A DNA stretch of 64,000 bases, taken from IMG/VR virus record IMGVR_UViG_3300030107_003232, positions 4,492 to 68,491 of that record; one strand, 5' to 3'. This stretch comes from a virus. How positions within the stretch are numbered: position 1 is the stretch's first letter; every line of letters begins with the position of its first letter. Under the pieces are notes generated by a model. It did not search any database, was not told where the DNA came from, and saw only the letters and a program-made list of their open reading frames with translations. The position numbers were made by a program, and so were the translations under genes. This document shows positions 9,655 through 21,130 of the stretch, piece by piece.

Positions 9655-10227
9655 TCATCCTGTAAAGTTATACTTCAAGTATAAATCGGCGGTTGTGTCG
9701 CCACCTGAATTAGTAGCCGTTCCTGTTAATTTGAAAATAACATTATTTCCATTTGCAGGCCAAACGTTTCCGCCGCCCCTGCCCGAACCGGGGGTTATTA
9801 TAAACCTAATACCAACACCACTTGTTCCGTCTTGACCGCCACCACCCGCACCAGATATACTCGCGCTTGGGTTCCCGCTACCACCACCAAAACCACTACT
9901 TGAATAAACCGAACCGGACCACGAAAAGGATGTAGCCCCTGTTGCTCTCAAATAAGCATAAGCGTCCATATTTATAACTCCGGCAGAATCAAAATCCCCT
10001 AAATCACCCTCGCTAACATCTTTTTGGTATTGCGTTCCGAAAGATTCGCTCGTTGCGCTCGACCAATCGGAATAATCAACGGTCATTATATCTTCTCCCG
10101 AATCAGCAATCCTAAACGCATTATTTTGACCGCTACTTGCGGCTTCTGCAATACTTACTGCGGTTGGTGGTGTGCCCCCCGCGCTTGCGGCTATACAACC
10201 AACAACACCTAAGTTAATTGAGGCCAT
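9655..10227 (-). CDS. Putative fibre-associated virion protein
   Basis: Gly/Ser-rich beta protein directly downstream of the fibre gene. Confidence 0.5.
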   Translation of the reverse strand: MASINLGVVGCIAASAGGTPPTAVSIAEAASSGQNNAFRIADSGEDIMTVDYSDWSSATSESFGTQYQKDVSEGDLGDFDSAGVINMDAYAYLRATGATSFSWSGSVYSSSGFGGGSGNPSASISGAGGGGQDGTSGVGIRFIITPGSGRGGGNVWPANGNNVIFKLTGTATNSGGDTTADLYLKYNFTG

Positions 10228-10231
10228 TTAA

Positions 10232-13200
10232 TCACCCCACAAAGAACCATGTATTCGCGGCAACCGCAACATAGGTTCTTGCCTTATCGTCAGATATAGC
10301 GGTGTGGCTACTTGGAACGGTGCTATTGCTTGTTCCCAATCCGGGTGTTAAATCTGAACCTGTGTTGTTAATAATAGTGTATTGCTGGCCTATTTCTGCT
10401 GTTGCAGGTAGGGTAGGCGCACCGCTACTTGTGCAATACACATACGAGCCGGATTGTGCGTCTGTTAATGTTGTTGAGCCTGTTACTGCTACTACACTTA
10501 TTTTGTTTGCTACTAATCCGTTAGCATCTCCCTTAAACCAAGTTACTCCACCATCGCCGGAAGTTATCAATAATTGGTCATCACCTGTGGCGGAATCAAC
10601 ATCACCACTACCAATTACAAGGTTATTTGACCCCGAAGTGATGTTATCGCCCGATTCTGTTCCAATGCAGATATTCTTATCCCCGCTACTAACCAAGTAA
10701 GCGGCTCGGTAGCCTATGCCTGTGTTGTAGTCTGAACCATCATCGGGTGTATAGAGGGACTGTCTTCCGATGGCTATGTTATAATTAGCACTCCCATTGA
10801 TTGCGTAAAGTGCGCTATCTCCAATACCGATATTGTAATCTCCCTCAAATGTTCCATCGCCACCATAAGTCGGATTATCTCCTATAAATACATTTTTTGT
10901 AGCATTAGCCGTTCCTCTTGCACCAGCCCCATAACCAATACAAACTGAGTTAGTAGCCAAAGACCAAATTCCAGACCAAAAACCAATTGCGGTTGAACCG
11001 TACCCTAAGTTTTTACCAGCATTAGAACCAACGGCAACAACCCTGCTATCTGTGCTATTAGTGGTTCCGGCCTGTTTTCCGATAAACACACTATCTGTTG
11101 CTGTTGATATTGCCGTTCCAGCGGCCCACCCCATCGCGGTGTTATTAGTTCCGCTCGATAAAGCATCTAAAGTGGTAATACCAACACCTGTGTTATACAC
11201 CGCACTACTTAATGTTCCTGTGGTTTGGTGGCCTAATAACAAACTCCCTGTAAAATCTGTTCCGCCGGATTTTCCATCCGATAAATCATCTATGCCGCCC
11301 GCAACCCCACTTGGTCCTGTAGGTCCGGTAGGGCCAGCAGGTCCGGTTGGCCCCGTAGGTCCTGTTCCACCATCCGAGCCGTCATCTCCGTCTGAACCCG
11401 CAGGTCCGGTGGGTCCAGCAGGTCCGGTCGGTCCTGTAGGTCCGGTCGGTCCTGTTGCGCCTGACGGAATACTAAAGGCGAAAACCTTTGCCGTAGCCGG
11501 ACCGGATGCGGTTACACCAATTGGACCTGTGCTGGCGGTCGGCGTTCCAAACCCTGCCGCCGCACCTGCTGAACCATCGCTACCGTCTGACCCATCTGAG
11601 CCAGCAGGTCCTGTAGGTCCGGTGGGTCCTGTAGGACCCGTTGGGCCGGTTGGTCCTGTTGGTCCTGTCGCACCAGCAGGTATTGAGAATGCGAAAACTT
11701 TTGCGGTGTCCGGTCCGCTTGCCGTTACACCTATTGGTCCTGTGCTTGCTGATGGCGTTCCAAAGCCCGCAGCAGCGCCCGTGCTACCTGTGGGTCCTGT
11801 AGGCCCCGTAGGACCTGTTGGTCCTGTCGGCCCACTTGGACCTGTTGGTCCTGTAGCACCAGCAGGGATAGTAAAGGCAAACACCTTTGCCGTAGCAGGG
11901 CCGCTTGCCGTTACGCCTATTGGTCCTGTTGAAGCGGTTGGGGTTCCAAATCCAGCGGCAGTTCCTGTAGGTCCGGTAGGACCTGTTGGACCGGTAGGGC
12001 CTGTTCCTCCATCTGAACCATCCGAACCGTCGCTACCAGCAGGTCCGGTAGGTCCTGTCGGACCCGTAGGCCCTGTTGGGCCTGTTGGACCTGTTGCCCC
12101 CGCCGGAATACTAAACGCGAATACCTTAGCGGTGTCGGGCCCGGATGCGGTAATACCGATAGGTCCGGTGCTTGCAGTAGGTGTGTCGAATCCAGCCGCC
12201 GCACCAGCGGGTCCGGTTGAGCCACCCGGACCTGTAGGTCCCGTAGGACCCGTAGGGCCAGCAGGGCCTGTGGGGCCTGTTGAACCATCCGAACCATCAG
12301 ACCCGTCTGAACCAGCAGGTCCCGACGGACCCGTAGGACCTTGAGAGCCTGTGGGTCCCGTAGGCCCCGTGGGTCCCGTAGGCCCTGTGGAGCCCGTATC
12401 TCCCTTATCACCTGTTCGTGCAAAGGTTACGGCTATATCTTCACCGTCTGAAAACGGGGAAGAAGCCGATGAATCAACGGTGCTTACTGTAATATCGAAA
12501 TAACCGCTTTCTTCTGTAAGCGAAGAAATAGTGCATAGAATAAATTGGCTTGAGTCGGTTAAATTGCTAATTTTAACATGGCCCTTGATGGTTGAAGTTG
12601 AATCATCAATAGTGCGAAGGAAAGATTGAATATCTGTTCCATCTAAATCGCTATCATCAAGATATATTCCGGTTGCCGAGTTCTGAGTACCATTGTCTAA
12701 ACGCAATTTCCCTGCTCCGGGGTCGGACTTTGTGGTTGTAGTGCTAAAATCATATTTGAAAGTTGCACCACCAAAAGAGCCTTGAGGTCCGGTAGGTCCG
12801 GTAGGTCCGGTTGAACCAGCCGGGCCTGATGGCCCCGTTGGTCCTGTCGGCCCTGTCGGTCCCGTTGAACCATCCGAACCATCGCTACCATCGCTACCCG
12901 CCGGACCACTTGGTCCGGTAGGTCCTGTAGGCCCGGCCGGACCGCTTGGTCCTGTTCCGCCATCTGAACCATCACTACCCGCTGGCCCTGACGGTCCTGT
13001 GGGTCCTGTGGGTCCTGTGGGTCCGGTCGGACCCGCTGCACCAGCAGGTATGCTAAACGCAAAAACTTTAGCGGTGTCCGGCCCACTACCTGTTACCCCG
13101 ATAGGGCCTGTAGTTGCGGTGGGAGTCCCAAATCCTGCGGCAGAACCCGTCGGTCCTGTGGGGCCCGTAGGACCTGTTGAACCGTCGGACCCATCACTAC

Positions 13201-15004
13201 CGGAGGGGCCTGTAGGGCCGCTCGGCCCTGTAGGACCTGTAGGACCCGTTGGTCCAGCCGCACCAGCGGGTATTGTGAAGGCAAATACTTTAGCAGTATC
13301 GGGTCCACTACCCGTTACGCCTATAGGTCCCGTTGAGGCAGTAGGTGTCCCAAATCCGGCAGCAGTTCCTGTAGGCCCTGTAGGCCCACTTGGTCCTGTA
13401 GGCCCACTTGGTCCTGTTGAACCATCGCTACCGTCGCTACCATCCGACCCTGCTGGCCCCGATGGCCCCGTAGGACCCGTAGGACCCGACGGTCCGGTTG
13501 GGCCTGTAGGCCCTGTTGGTCCAGCAGCACCTGCTGGGATAGAGAAAGCGAATACTTTTGCTGTGGCCGGACCACTTGCTGTAACACCAATAGGGCCTGT
13601 TGAGGCGGTAGGTGTGTCGAATCCGGCTGCTGCCCCTGTTGGTCCTGTGGGGCCTGTTGGTCCTGTGGGACCTGTTGACCCGTCATCTCCGTCTGAACCG
13701 GAAGGACCGGAGGGGCCCGTTGGACCTGTCGGCCCGGTTGGACCCGTAGGACCTGTTGGGCCAGCCACAGTTGAGTCTGCCCCTGTTGGGCCTGTTGGGC
13801 CGGAAGGTCCGGTTGGACCTGTTGGTCCTGTAGCACCGGATGGAATAGAAAAAGCGAATACTTTGGCTGTAGCGGGACCGCTTGCAGTAACGCCAATAGG
13901 TCCGGTTGAAGCAGTAGGTGTATCAAAGCCCGCCGCTGTTCCGGTCGGTCCGGTCGGACCTGTTGGTCCGGTAGGACCTGTGGAACCATCGCTACCATCA
14001 GAACCAGCGGGACCCGTTGGTCCTGTTGGTCCAGCGGGACCCGTAGGTCCGGTTGGGCCGCCCGCGCCCGTTGGTCCTGTCGGACCTGTTGGTCCTCCGG
14101 GTCCGGTTGGACCTGTGGGTCCGGTATCTCCGGCAGACGCTAAAAGACTCCAATAAGAAGCGTTGGTTGGTAAAATAGAGCCGGATGATGTATGCGCTTG
14201 CACACAAATATAAGAAGATTCGTTAGTAGTGTAATATACTGCGTCGTCCACAGAATATGATGTTGATGTGGCCCAATTACCTTCCCAAACTAAACCTTCG
14301 GGTCCTGTGCTACCAGCAGGGCCGGTAGGCCCGGTAGGGCCTGTTGGTCCCGTAAGACCAATAGAGCCTGTTGGACCCGTTGGACCCGTTGGGCCCTCCG
14401 GTCCGGTTGGCCCACCTGCTCCCGTTGTGCCTGTTGGGCCTGTAGGTCCAGCCGGGCCTGTTGAGCCCGAAGGGCCCGTTGGTCCTGTTGGTCCGGTGGC
14501 CCCTGTTGGGCCTTGAGCGCCTGTCGGTCCTGTAGGACCTGCTGGCCCTGTAACACCAACAGAAGAAAATATCATCCATGTGTCCGTGCCTATCTTTCGT
14601 ATAACTGCTGTGCTATACTGTGAAATAGTAGTCGAACCACTAAGCGTAACCCCTACAGCGCCAGCAAGAGTCAAATTACCCGCGCCCTTATTCATAACCT
14701 TTAGTTCGGTTTTATCAGTAGGGAATGCAACAGTAGCGTTTGTAGGAATTGTAAATGTAATAGTCGAGCCTTTGTTAGCCATTACTACGCGGCCCTCATC
14801 AGTTCTTGTGAAAGTATAATCACCTGTTTTATCAACAACGGGTCTTACATCAGCCGATTGACCGGCCACAGTAGTTCCGTCGCCGAAGAAGACGAAGCCG
14901 CTATCTGCATCCTTGAATAACTGTGCGGCGTGAGGGGTAACAGTAAGCCTATCTGCTTGTGTAGTAAAGATAAGATTCTTATTGTCTGTTAGAACATCAA
15001 CCAT
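10232..15004 (-). CDS. Collagen-like tail/head fibre (Gly-Pro-Thr repeats)
   Basis: Long G-P-T triplet tracts, eight ~38-aa interrupting repeats, CBM5/12-like motif ([13 protein letters not shown]...[10 protein letters not shown]), C-terminal N-x-A/G-I-G beta-roll repeats. Confidence 0.9.
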   Translation of the reverse strand: MVDVLTDNKNLIFTTQADRLTVTPHAAQLFKDADSGFVFFGDGTTVAGQSADVRPVVDKTGDYTFTRTDEGRVVMANKGSTITFTIPTNATVAFPTDKTELKVMNKGAGNLTLAGAVGVTLSGSTTISQYSTAVIRKIGTDTWMIFSSVGVTGPAGPTGPTGAQGPTGATGPTGPTGPSGSTGPAGPTGPTGTTGAGGPTGPEGPTGPTGPTGSIGLTGPTGPTGPTGPAGSTGPEGLVWEGNWATSTSYSVDDAVYYTTNESSYICVQAHTSSGSILPTNASYWSLLASAGDTGPTGPTGPGGPTGPTGPTGAGGPTGPTGPAGPTGPTGPAGSDGSDGSTGPTGPTGPTGPTGTAAGFDTPTASTGPIGVTASGPATAKVFAFSIPSGATGPTGPTGPSGPTGPTGADSTVAGPTGPTGPTGPTGPTGPSGPSGSDGDDGSTGPTGPTGPTGPTGAAAGFDTPTASTGPIGVTASGPATAKVFAFSIPAGAAGPTGPTGPTGPSGPTGPTGPSGPAGSDGSDGSDGSTGPSGPTGPSGPTGPTGTAAGFGTPTASTGPIGVTGSGPDTAKVFAFTIPAGAAGPTGPTGPTGPSGPTGPSGSDGSDGSTGPTGPTGPTGSAAGFGTPTATTGPIGVTGSGPDTAKVFAFSIPAGAAGPTGPTGPTGPTGPSGPAGSDGSDGGTGPSGPAGPTGPTGPSGPAGSDGSDGSDGSTGPTGPTGPTGPSGPAGSTGPTGPTGPQGSFGGATFKYDFSTTTTKSDPGAGKLRLDNGTQNSATGIYLDDSDLDGTDIQSFLRTIDDSTSTIKGHVKISNLTDSSQFILCTISSLTEESGYFDITVSTVDSSASSPFSDGEDIAVTFARTGDKGDTGSTGPTGPTGPTGPTGSQGPTGPSGPAGSDGSDGSDGSTGPTGPAGPTGPTGPTGPGGSTGPAGAAAGFDTPTASTGPIGITASGPDTAKVFAFSIPAGATGPTGPTGPTGPTGPTGPAGSDGSDGSDGGTGPTGPTGPTGPTGTAAGFGTPTASTGPIGVTASGPATAKVFAFTIPAGATGPTGPSGPTGPTGPTGPTGPTGSTGAAAGFGTPSASTGPIGVTASGPDTAKVFAFSIPAGATGPTGPTGPTGPTGPTGPTGPAGSDGSDGSDGSAGAAAGFGTPTASTGPIGVTASGPATAKVFAFSIPSGATGPTGPTGPTGPAGPTGPAGSDGDDGSDGGTGPTGPTGPAGPTGPTGPSGVAGGIDDLSDGKSGGTDFTGSLLLGHQTTGTLSSAVYNTGVGITTLDALSSGTNNTAMGWAAGTAISTATDSVFIGKQAGTTNSTDSRVVAVGSNAGKNLGYGSTAIGFWSGIWSLATNSVCIGYGAGARGTANATKNVFIGDNPTYGGDGTFEGDYNIGIGDSALYAINGSANYNIAIGRQSLYTPDDGSDYNTGIGYRAAYLVSSGDKNICIGTESGDNITSGSNNLVIGSGDVDSATGDDQLLITSGDGGVTWFKGDANGLVANKISVVAVTGSTTLTDAQSGSYVYCTSSGAPTLPATAEIGQQYTIINNTGSDLTPGLGTSNSTVPSSHTAISDDKARTYVAVAANTWFFVG

Positions 15005-15060
15005 GCTACTCGCTCCCTGCTTTCAAAGAATATCCTTTGTCCTATTAACATTTTTAACCC

Positions 15061-16260
15061 TCACGGCGTTTCCCATCTCGGTTTAAGTACACCACCGCCG
15101 GAATCATATACTGTTAATACTTGACCGACAGTACCTATTGCTAATAATTCTATTGTTCCATTACCATTACCATAAAGTATAGAGCCAACAGGTATTGTTT
15201 GTAATCCTGTGCCTCCATAGTAAACAGAAAGGTTGCTAAAATCGTTAATGCTTTCATAAATACCATCAGTTATTTGTCTAAAGTTCCAATCGCCCCGCAC
15301 CGTTGGTCGTTTTACAGTTTTAATGGTTGCGGCTTTTGTTCCGCTTGATGGGCCATACAAACGCCCGCCGTCGTTAATTACGAGTTCATTACAGTCAAGA
15401 GTTAGCCCCGCGCTAATAATCCAATAATTACTGCTACCCCCATTTTCAATAACTATTTTATGATATTCCGTATAAAGTGTTTTTGCGGTATCATTACCAT
15501 AAGCATTAGAGTTTAATTCACCATTTACAGGTAGTTTGTTTCCTGTTCCCTGCGCTTTTAATCGGGCGGTAGTATGCCCGAACTTAAATGTATCACCAAT
15601 AGCCGTTAGTGCGCCCTCAAAATAAAACTCTTTATCATAATCATAAATGTTGTAAGCATTTGATACTACCGCGATACCGTTTATAGCCAGCATATCAACC
15701 GAGCCGTAAGTATTATGTAGTGTTCTTGATGCGTCGCTATAGATACTTTTAGCGTAAAGTATTCCTGTGCCTGTAATGTTAGGATAAACACCATCAATCA
15801 TAGTAAAGTTTTCTGAACCAAAATTAAAAGTAGTATTTGCTCTTGAATCACTATCAACAAAAACAGAATCAGTCATACCACTACTAAATACTACAAACGG
15901 TTTAACAGAATAAGATGAGCCGCCGCCTTCATAAACAGTAGTTGATGACGCGGTATTAAAATCAAAGGTAAGAGAATGGTCCGCGTCTATACAGGCGGTT
16001 TTGTTAATAGTCATTACTCCTTCTAAGTTAATTGTGCTTGTGCCGCCTGTTTTTATTAGTTCTTTGAACTCAGAAGATATAGTAATAGAATTTAAGTTGC
16101 CGGAAGCAGGAAATGTCCCGTTAAAAATACAATTATTAGCACCAAGGGATGTTGCATCAAATACCACATCGTCATTTGCTTCAGGAACCGCCCCTGTGGA
16201 CCAATTCGCAGCAGCAGTAGGGTCTGTGCTTGCTGACCCGTCCCATCTAACTGTAGTCAT
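15061..16260 (-). CDS. Virion structural protein (beta-rich)
   Basis: WDGSAS...AANWSTGAVPEANDDVVFD N-terminus typical of adhesin-like proteins; fibre-like C-terminal GGTG...GSILYG...GQVLTV motif. Confidence 0.55.
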   Translation of the reverse strand: MTTVRWDGSASTDPTAAANWSTGAVPEANDDVVFDATSLGANNCIFNGTFPASGNLNSITISSEFKELIKTGGTSTINLEGVMTINKTACIDADHSLTFDFNTASSTTVYEGGGSSYSVKPFVVFSSGMTDSVFVDSDSRANTTFNFGSENFTMIDGVYPNITGTGILYAKSIYSDASRTLHNTYGSVDMLAINGIAVVSNAYNIYDYDKEFYFEGALTAIGDTFKFGHTTARLKAQGTGNKLPVNGELNSNAYGNDTAKTLYTEYHKIVIENGGSSNYWIISAGLTLDCNELVINDGGRLYGPSSGTKAATIKTVKRPTVRGDWNFRQITDGIYESINDFSNLSVYYGGTGLQTIPVGSILYGNGNGTIELLAIGTVGQVLTVYDSGGGVLKPRWETP

Positions 16261-16270
16261 TTAACTCGCC

Positions 16271-16756
16271 TCACTTTTCAGTAAGAGAGCCGGACAATTC
16301 TGCTGATGTGGTTCCACTTACTCTTGAGGTAGTGGCCTTCTTATAGAATGCCGTAGCCCCCTTCTCCTCTATTACCGCCAAAGCATCTTCGGCTTGCTTT
16401 TCAAAAGAAGCCAATTGCTTATTGAATCTGATGTCTGATGTGCCTTGTTCCTTTTCGGGAACTACAGCAGGTATAGTATCAATGAGAACGCGAAGACAAT
16501 CAACGCACACCTGTAGTTTTACAGCAGTTTCGACTTCGGCTGTTGTAGGTGCATTCGTGGAATTAACGCCTACATAATTAGCCTTACGAGATACTTTGTT
16601 AAACTGAGTATTGCGAAGATTCACATACTCGATAATAGTTCCACTATTCAAGCCTCTCGGCCTGTTTAACAAATCTCGGATTGTATTAACCGTAATGTTA
16701 GTATCGAAAAGCGTATCGCCGTCTTCAATTACTAAATCACCCATTATAAAGCCCAT
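16271..16756 (-). CDS. Putative head completion/connector protein
   Basis: Helical ~160-aa protein two genes downstream of the capsid gene. Confidence 0.45.
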   Translation of the reverse strand: MGFIMGDLVIEDGDTLFDTNITVNTIRDLLNRPRGLNSGTIIEYVNLRNTQFNKVSRKANYVGVNSTNAPTTAEVETAVKLQVCVDCLRVLIDTIPAVVPEKEQGTSDIRFNKQLASFEKQAEDALAVIEEKGATAFYKKATTSRVSGTTSAELSGSLTEK

Positions 16757-16765
16757 TTAACCACC

Positions 16766-17206
16766 TTACGCACCGAATCGCTGTTCATAGTCCGATGGAA
16801 CATCAATAACAACCATGTTAGATGAAGGTTTCGCAACTCGGCCTATTACAACAACCCTGCGCGTAGCGAGAATCTTATCAGTCATCTCGCTTGCTGGTAG
16901 CCAATAAAGGGCTTTTCTTGGGGCATTTAATAGTGAAAGTGGATGGTCTGCATATTTTTTACCCGCGTTGCGGTGTATTCTTAGCATATAACCCATTTCG
17001 CCTTCTTTCCAATGGCGCAATCGGTGTTCCATATCTGCCGCTTCGCCGGATTCGGGCAAAGGAATGCCTTTATCCTTCAAAGCAGAAGCCATAGCCGCCT
17101 TAGTAGGACCCTTTGGGGCTGCCGCCTTCTTAGGGGCAGCCTTTTTGGGTGCTGCTTTCTTCTTAGCAGAAGTCTTTTTAGTAGTTGCCTTTTTCTTTTC
17201 CGGCAT
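16766..17206 (-). CDS. Hypothetical protein with histone-H1-like KKAAPKK N-terminus
   Basis: Lys/Ala/Pro repeats; directly downstream of the capsid gene. Confidence 0.6.
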   Translation of the reverse strand: MPEKKKATTKKTSAKKKAAPKKAAPKKAAAPKGPTKAAMASALKDKGIPLPESGEAADMEHRLRHWKEGEMGYMLRIHRNAGKKYADHPLSLLNAPRKALYWLPASEMTDKILATRRVVVIGRVAKPSSNMVVIDVPSDYEQRFGA

Positions 17207-17217
17207 CTAATCACCAA

Positions 17218-18135
17218 TCAGGAGCGGACTCCGGTTAGTTTGACTATTCTGTGAGTCTTATCAGCACTTGCACCATCTTGGTGTTCGTGGATAACGCTAC
17301 CCATGTAGCCGGTTAGAAGCCAATCATAACCAACGCCCGGTAGGCGGGTTAGTTCAGTTTCTTGGAATCCCGGTCCGTTGTAGGTAAAGAACTCAGCAGT
17401 TTCTGCGCCCGGAACCATCATAATAGCGTCGTTGCCCAAAGCACCACCGCTGCCGTAATCACGGGTATAGTAAATGCTTAGGTTTGCGATTCTCGCCAAA
17501 TGGTCGCCCAATGACTCAACTACGTTTCCGTAAAGAGTTGTGTTGAGGATTGCGCTTCTCTTATCTGCTGGTAGGACAAGAGCCAATGGCTCGTTTCCGC
17601 TAACCTTTGCGTTAGCGAAGATGTCGTCCATACAGGATAGAAGGTCGCCTTCTTCGTCAGCGGAGCCGCTACCGAATACAGCAGTTGCTGCTACGGAGTT
17701 ATCTGCTCCTGCTACTAATGTTGTTAGAATGTGGTTGTCTATTGTATCTGCGCGAGCGCGAACAATTCCCAACTGCTGTCGGTCAATGTTCTCAAAGGAC
17801 TCTCCTCGTAGCCTTACAGCGTCAAGGAATGTTACGCGTCCTTGACCCTTCTCTAACTTGGTGCTGTAGTTAGCAGTTCCAATGTTGGTTGGGTCGGTTA
17901 GCGCGACATCATCCAATGGGTAATCGAATGTACCGATTACTCCGGTGTACCAAGTAAAGGATAGCCAGCCGACTGAGCGGACACCCACAAGGTCTGTTGC
18001 GATAGCAATTGTGTTAGATTGTAGTTGTATAAAGTCGCGGAGGGTTTGCTCAAGGACTGCATCGCCCGGTGCAAAAGGTCCAACTGCGGCTTCGACGTTT
18101 AAGATTTGTTCTAATGTCTGATTCATATTTTTCAT
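17218..18135 (-). CDS. Major capsid protein (HK97 fold inferred)
   Basis: About 300 aa, after protease and decoration genes; GGAG SD; KGQGRVTFLD...RARADTIDNHIL spine-helix pattern; IVKLTGV C-terminus. Confidence 0.8.
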   Translation of the reverse strand: MKNMNQTLEQILNVEAAVGPFAPGDAVLEQTLRDFIQLQSNTIAIATDLVGVRSVGWLSFTWYTGVIGTFDYPLDDVALTDPTNIGTANYSTKLEKGQGRVTFLDAVRLRGESFENIDRQQLGIVRARADTIDNHILTTLVAGADNSVAATAVFGSGSADEEGDLLSCMDDIFANAKVSGNEPLALVLPADKRSAILNTTLYGNVVESLGDHLARIANLSIYYTRDYGSGGALGNDAIMMVPGAETAEFFTYNGPGFQETELTRLPGVGYDWLLTGYMGSVIHEHQDGASADKTHRIVKLTGVRS

Positions 18136-18159
18136 CTCCTTAATTTATCCTGTGATTAC

Positions 18160-18585
18160 TCACTCGACTACTCCCGCCATCAAGACCGGAATTAGTGCCC
18201 CGGCTGCTGGTGTTAGTCCATCTTCACCCATATAAACTCCAACGAATGTCGCTGAGTTTGATGAAGTAGTGTGAACGTGTCCGTCTGCTTCTGCTGTTTG
18301 AGAAGTGTATAGCCTCTCTCCTGTCTTTAGAACTCCGCCACCGACACACTTTACCAATTGCACACCACTTAGGGGTATGATTGCTACTGTTCCTGTGCCC
18401 GCAGCCTCTAATTCTTGGTCCTCTCCTCTTGAGGACTCAGCAGCAGTAAGACCAATAGGCTTATCTGTTACTGAGGCTGTTATCATTATTCCGCTTGCGT
18501 CGTATTTTACTAATAGGCCCTTACTTGCGAATGTGTTTTGAATATCCGCGCAATTTACAGGGTCTAATGCTCCGTATTGTACCAT
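18160..18585 (-). CDS. Capsid decoration/cement protein
   Basis: 141-aa Gly/Ala-rich beta protein between protease and MCP (PIGLTA...GERLYT...FVGV pattern). Confidence 0.65.
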   Translation of the reverse strand: MVQYGALDPVNCADIQNTFASKGLLVKYDASGIMITASVTDKPIGLTAAESSRGEDQELEAAGTGTVAIIPLSGVQLVKCVGGGVLKTGERLYTSQTAEADGHVHTTSSNSATFVGVYMGEDGLTPAAGALIPVLMAGVVE

Positions 18586-18586
18586 C

Positions 18587-20047
18587 TTAAATCATCTCCT
18601 TCTTTGCTTCGTAACTGATTGCAGACATTCGTGCCTTCTCATCAGTTGCGAGTGTTTGGTTCCATGCTGATGCCCATGCGTTCCATGCTTTTGCATAAAC
18701 GCGCTCATCATTACTAACCATCTTACCGTTTAGGTAATTGGCTACAGTTGGGATTTCTTCTGATGCAACAGCGGAAGCCTCAACAGGCTTCTCGACTGAC
18801 TCAACAGGAGTCATCTCCACAGGGGAAGGTTCCGGGTGGGAACTTTCCCACGATGCAATCAGGGTTTCAAGAGTTTCTGACTTTAGGTCATCGTGGCCGG
18901 ACATACCGAGTTCGGTTGCCTTCTCCACAAGCGCCATTCTGTCGTCTTCAATTCTTTGTGCCTCGACTGCTTCGTATTCAGCAATTCGGCTTGTCGCCAA
19001 AACGAGGTCTGCCTTAAGCGACTCCATCTCGGCCTCATAATCAATTTCATTTGTTTCTTCGGTCATAGCAATCACCGTTGGTTGATTCTCCTCAGATACA
19101 GACTGACTTATAATACTTTCTTCTTCTGCGATACTTGGGAGTTTAACTTGTTTCTTTGTTGCTCTTTCGACATTAGCCCTCTCATACGCTGGTTTTCGCA
19201 CTAAAGCGAGGTGGTCAAAGGTAAAATCTTCACCAAAGATAAGACCATTCTCGTCCGCTTCAACAGGCACACCGGACCCGCCGATACTCACGCCGTAGCC
19301 ATCTCGCATCCATAGTCCTTCGTCAAATGTTCCAAAGAGTTCTTCGCGTGTAACATGGGCTACATATCTAACTTCGTAGCCATCATCAGTAGTAAAGAAG
19401 TTAGCGCCTATAATATATCCGACTACTGCCTCCTCCATTCCGCCATCCATGTTTCGTGTAAATCCAGCGCCGTTCTCGTCAGCCTTTGGATGAAGAAGTG
19501 TTAAATCAGCACCGGACATTTGTTCAACAACGGCTTTTGCGCCCTGTGGAGTCAAAGACCATTTATTCTTATTCATGCCTTCGTGGAATGCAATGCCGCT
19601 AATCTCAATAACAGTCTTACCTGTTTCTGCAACAACTACTGCTTTACTTTCGTCAATTTCTAACTCAAGAGATACAGATATTACCTTACACTTACCATCA
19701 ACCATTTCTTCTCCGGGTGGGCAAGTGTTGTAGGCGGCTTCTGCTTTACAGACCCCTTCTTCGGCGCACGCTTCTTGTGTTTCGCAAGTATCGCATACAT
19801 CGTAGTCTGCTTCAACAACGGCCTTTTCGCCTTTACAACCGCAACCGCAATCTTCTGCCGCCTTCTTTTTCTTTTTCTCGTCATCATCATAATAGCCTTC
19901 AACTTCAAAGTCATGCCCTTCATGTGCTTTCATGCACTCATCTTCGGTATAACCCATTTCCATACACCTATTCATGTATTCTTCATGGCTTTCGCCATCT
20001 TTCGGTGTAGGTTCAGCCGCTACTTCTGCGCTACAGTCGCAACTCAT
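18587..20047 (-). CDS. Prohead protease/scaffold with Cys-rich acidic N-terminus
   Basis: ISGIAFHEGMNKN, LLH, GVSIGG (catalytic Ser), FDHLALVRKPAY; coiled-coil C-terminal scaffold. Confidence 0.8.
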   Translation of the reverse strand: MSCDCSAEVAAEPTPKDGESHEEYMNRCMEMGYTEDECMKAHEGHDFEVEGYYDDDEKKKKKAAEDCGCGCKGEKAVVEADYDVCDTCETQEACAEEGVCKAEAAYNTCPPGEEMVDGKCKVISVSLELEIDESKAVVVAETGKTVIEISGIAFHEGMNKNKWSLTPQGAKAVVEQMSGADLTLLHPKADENGAGFTRNMDGGMEEAVVGYIIGANFFTTDDGYEVRYVAHVTREELFGTFDEGLWMRDGYGVSIGGSGVPVEADENGLIFGEDFTFDHLALVRKPAYERANVERATKKQVKLPSIAEEESIISQSVSEENQPTVIAMTEETNEIDYEAEMESLKADLVLATSRIAEYEAVEAQRIEDDRMALVEKATELGMSGHDDLKSETLETLIASWESSHPEPSPVEMTPVESVEKPVEASAVASEEIPTVANYLNGKMVSNDERVYAKAWNAWASAWNQTLATDEKARMSAISYEAKKEMI

Positions 20048-20084
20048 ACCATAGCGACATTAAGGTTGATTTATTAAAGTTTTA

Positions 20085-20333
20085 TTATTTATTCTTTAAC
20101 ATCAAATTTAATTGTGTTTTAATTTCAGCAAGTTGTAGTTTAACGTCTTGCATATCATCTTTGGCTTTGCGGTGGTGAGCGCCAAACTCGTTTTTTACTT
20201 CATAGAGAGCAAAAACCATAAACCTATACAATGCGTAAATTGAGCCTAAGAGAAGAACAAGGGGTAGCCCGTAGTCTTCAACCATTGAAAGTGTCGAAAG
20301 AGCATCACTCATTATATCTCCACTCCATACCAA
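20085..20333 (-). CDS. Small membrane protein (TM + coiled coil)
   Basis: YGLPLVLLLGSIYALYRFM followed by a heptad tail. Confidence 0.6.
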   Translation of the reverse strand: MVWSGDIMSDALSTLSMVEDYGLPLVLLLGSIYALYRFMVFALYEVKNEFGAHHRKAKDDMQDVKLQLAEIKTQLNLMLKNK

Positions 20334-21130
20334 TCAACGGCTCTTGTGTAATCACCGTGTATTTCAAAAGTAGCGAATATATCATATTTACCACTAACTA
20401 ATGACTCATTTATAGTAAGATTCACATAATCCCAATCTTGATAATAAGTTTCATAAGTCAAACCATCTTGTATTCCGGTCCAATTGCCGGTTTCGTTTTC
20501 ATAGATAGTCCAAATCACCGTAAGGTTGTGTGGTTCGTTATCACAGATTAGGTCTGCATCCCAATGAAAAGTAATTGTAGTATTGTTATATTCAAAGTAA
20601 GCGTCATACATTTCAGGGTCGCATGGTTGCCCTTCTCTAAACTCGCAGGACCCATCGTCATAATCTGCGTATGGGTCATAGTTTGTTGCGTCGGGGTCTG
20701 TGCAACCGCCTGTTTCTTCGGGTTCTTCTTCGTATTCGCAGGACCCATCGTCTTCTATGGCCTGTTCATTGTAGTTTAGGGCTTCATCATCTGTGCATCC
20801 TTTAACCACTTCGCCATCCGGCTCGTCATCGGTTTCAGGTTCGTCTGAACCATCCCGACAATTTTTGTAGCCGTCATTTACAAGAGAGGCTTCGATAACC
20901 GAGCCATCTCCACAAGTAAAGTCATCTCCCATTTCCCAATCATCGTCAGTAACCCATTCGTCATCACCTTGTCCGTAAGGTGTAAAATCAAGAATACCTA
21001 CTGCTTCAAGTCCGGGCATTAGAAGGGCGACAATAGACGCAAGAGTAATCATAAGTGAGCGTATTTCTTGCGCTCGCTCATTTACGGTTTCGATAATTGA
21101 TTCAACTTCTGATTCAGACAACCCACTCAC
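20312..21130 (-). CDS. Membrane-anchored acidic protein with LDL-receptor-A-like and GCTD repeats
   Basis: TM near N-terminus; FTCGDG...NDGYKNCRDGSDE; two GCTD..A.NY...A..DDGSC repeats. Confidence 0.75.
   Translation of the reverse strand: MSGLSESEVESIIETVNERAQEIRSLMITLASIVALLMPGLEAVGILDFTPYGQGDDEWVTDDDWEMGDDFTCGDGSVIEASLVNDGYKNCRDGSDEPETDDEPDGEVVKGCTDDEALNYNEQAIEDDGSCEYEEEPEETGGCTDPDATNYDPYADYDDGSCEFREGQPCDPEMYDAYFEYNNTTITFHWDADLICDNEPHNLTVIWTIYENETGNWTGIQDGLTYETYYQDWDYVNLTINESLVSGKYDIFATFEIHGDYTRAVDWYGVEI

Noticed and set aside
11052-14579. Long plus-strand (GPV)n ORFs and alternative-frame minus ORFs
   Set aside because: Shadows of the GGN-CCN-ACN collagen codons, which lack stops in other frames.
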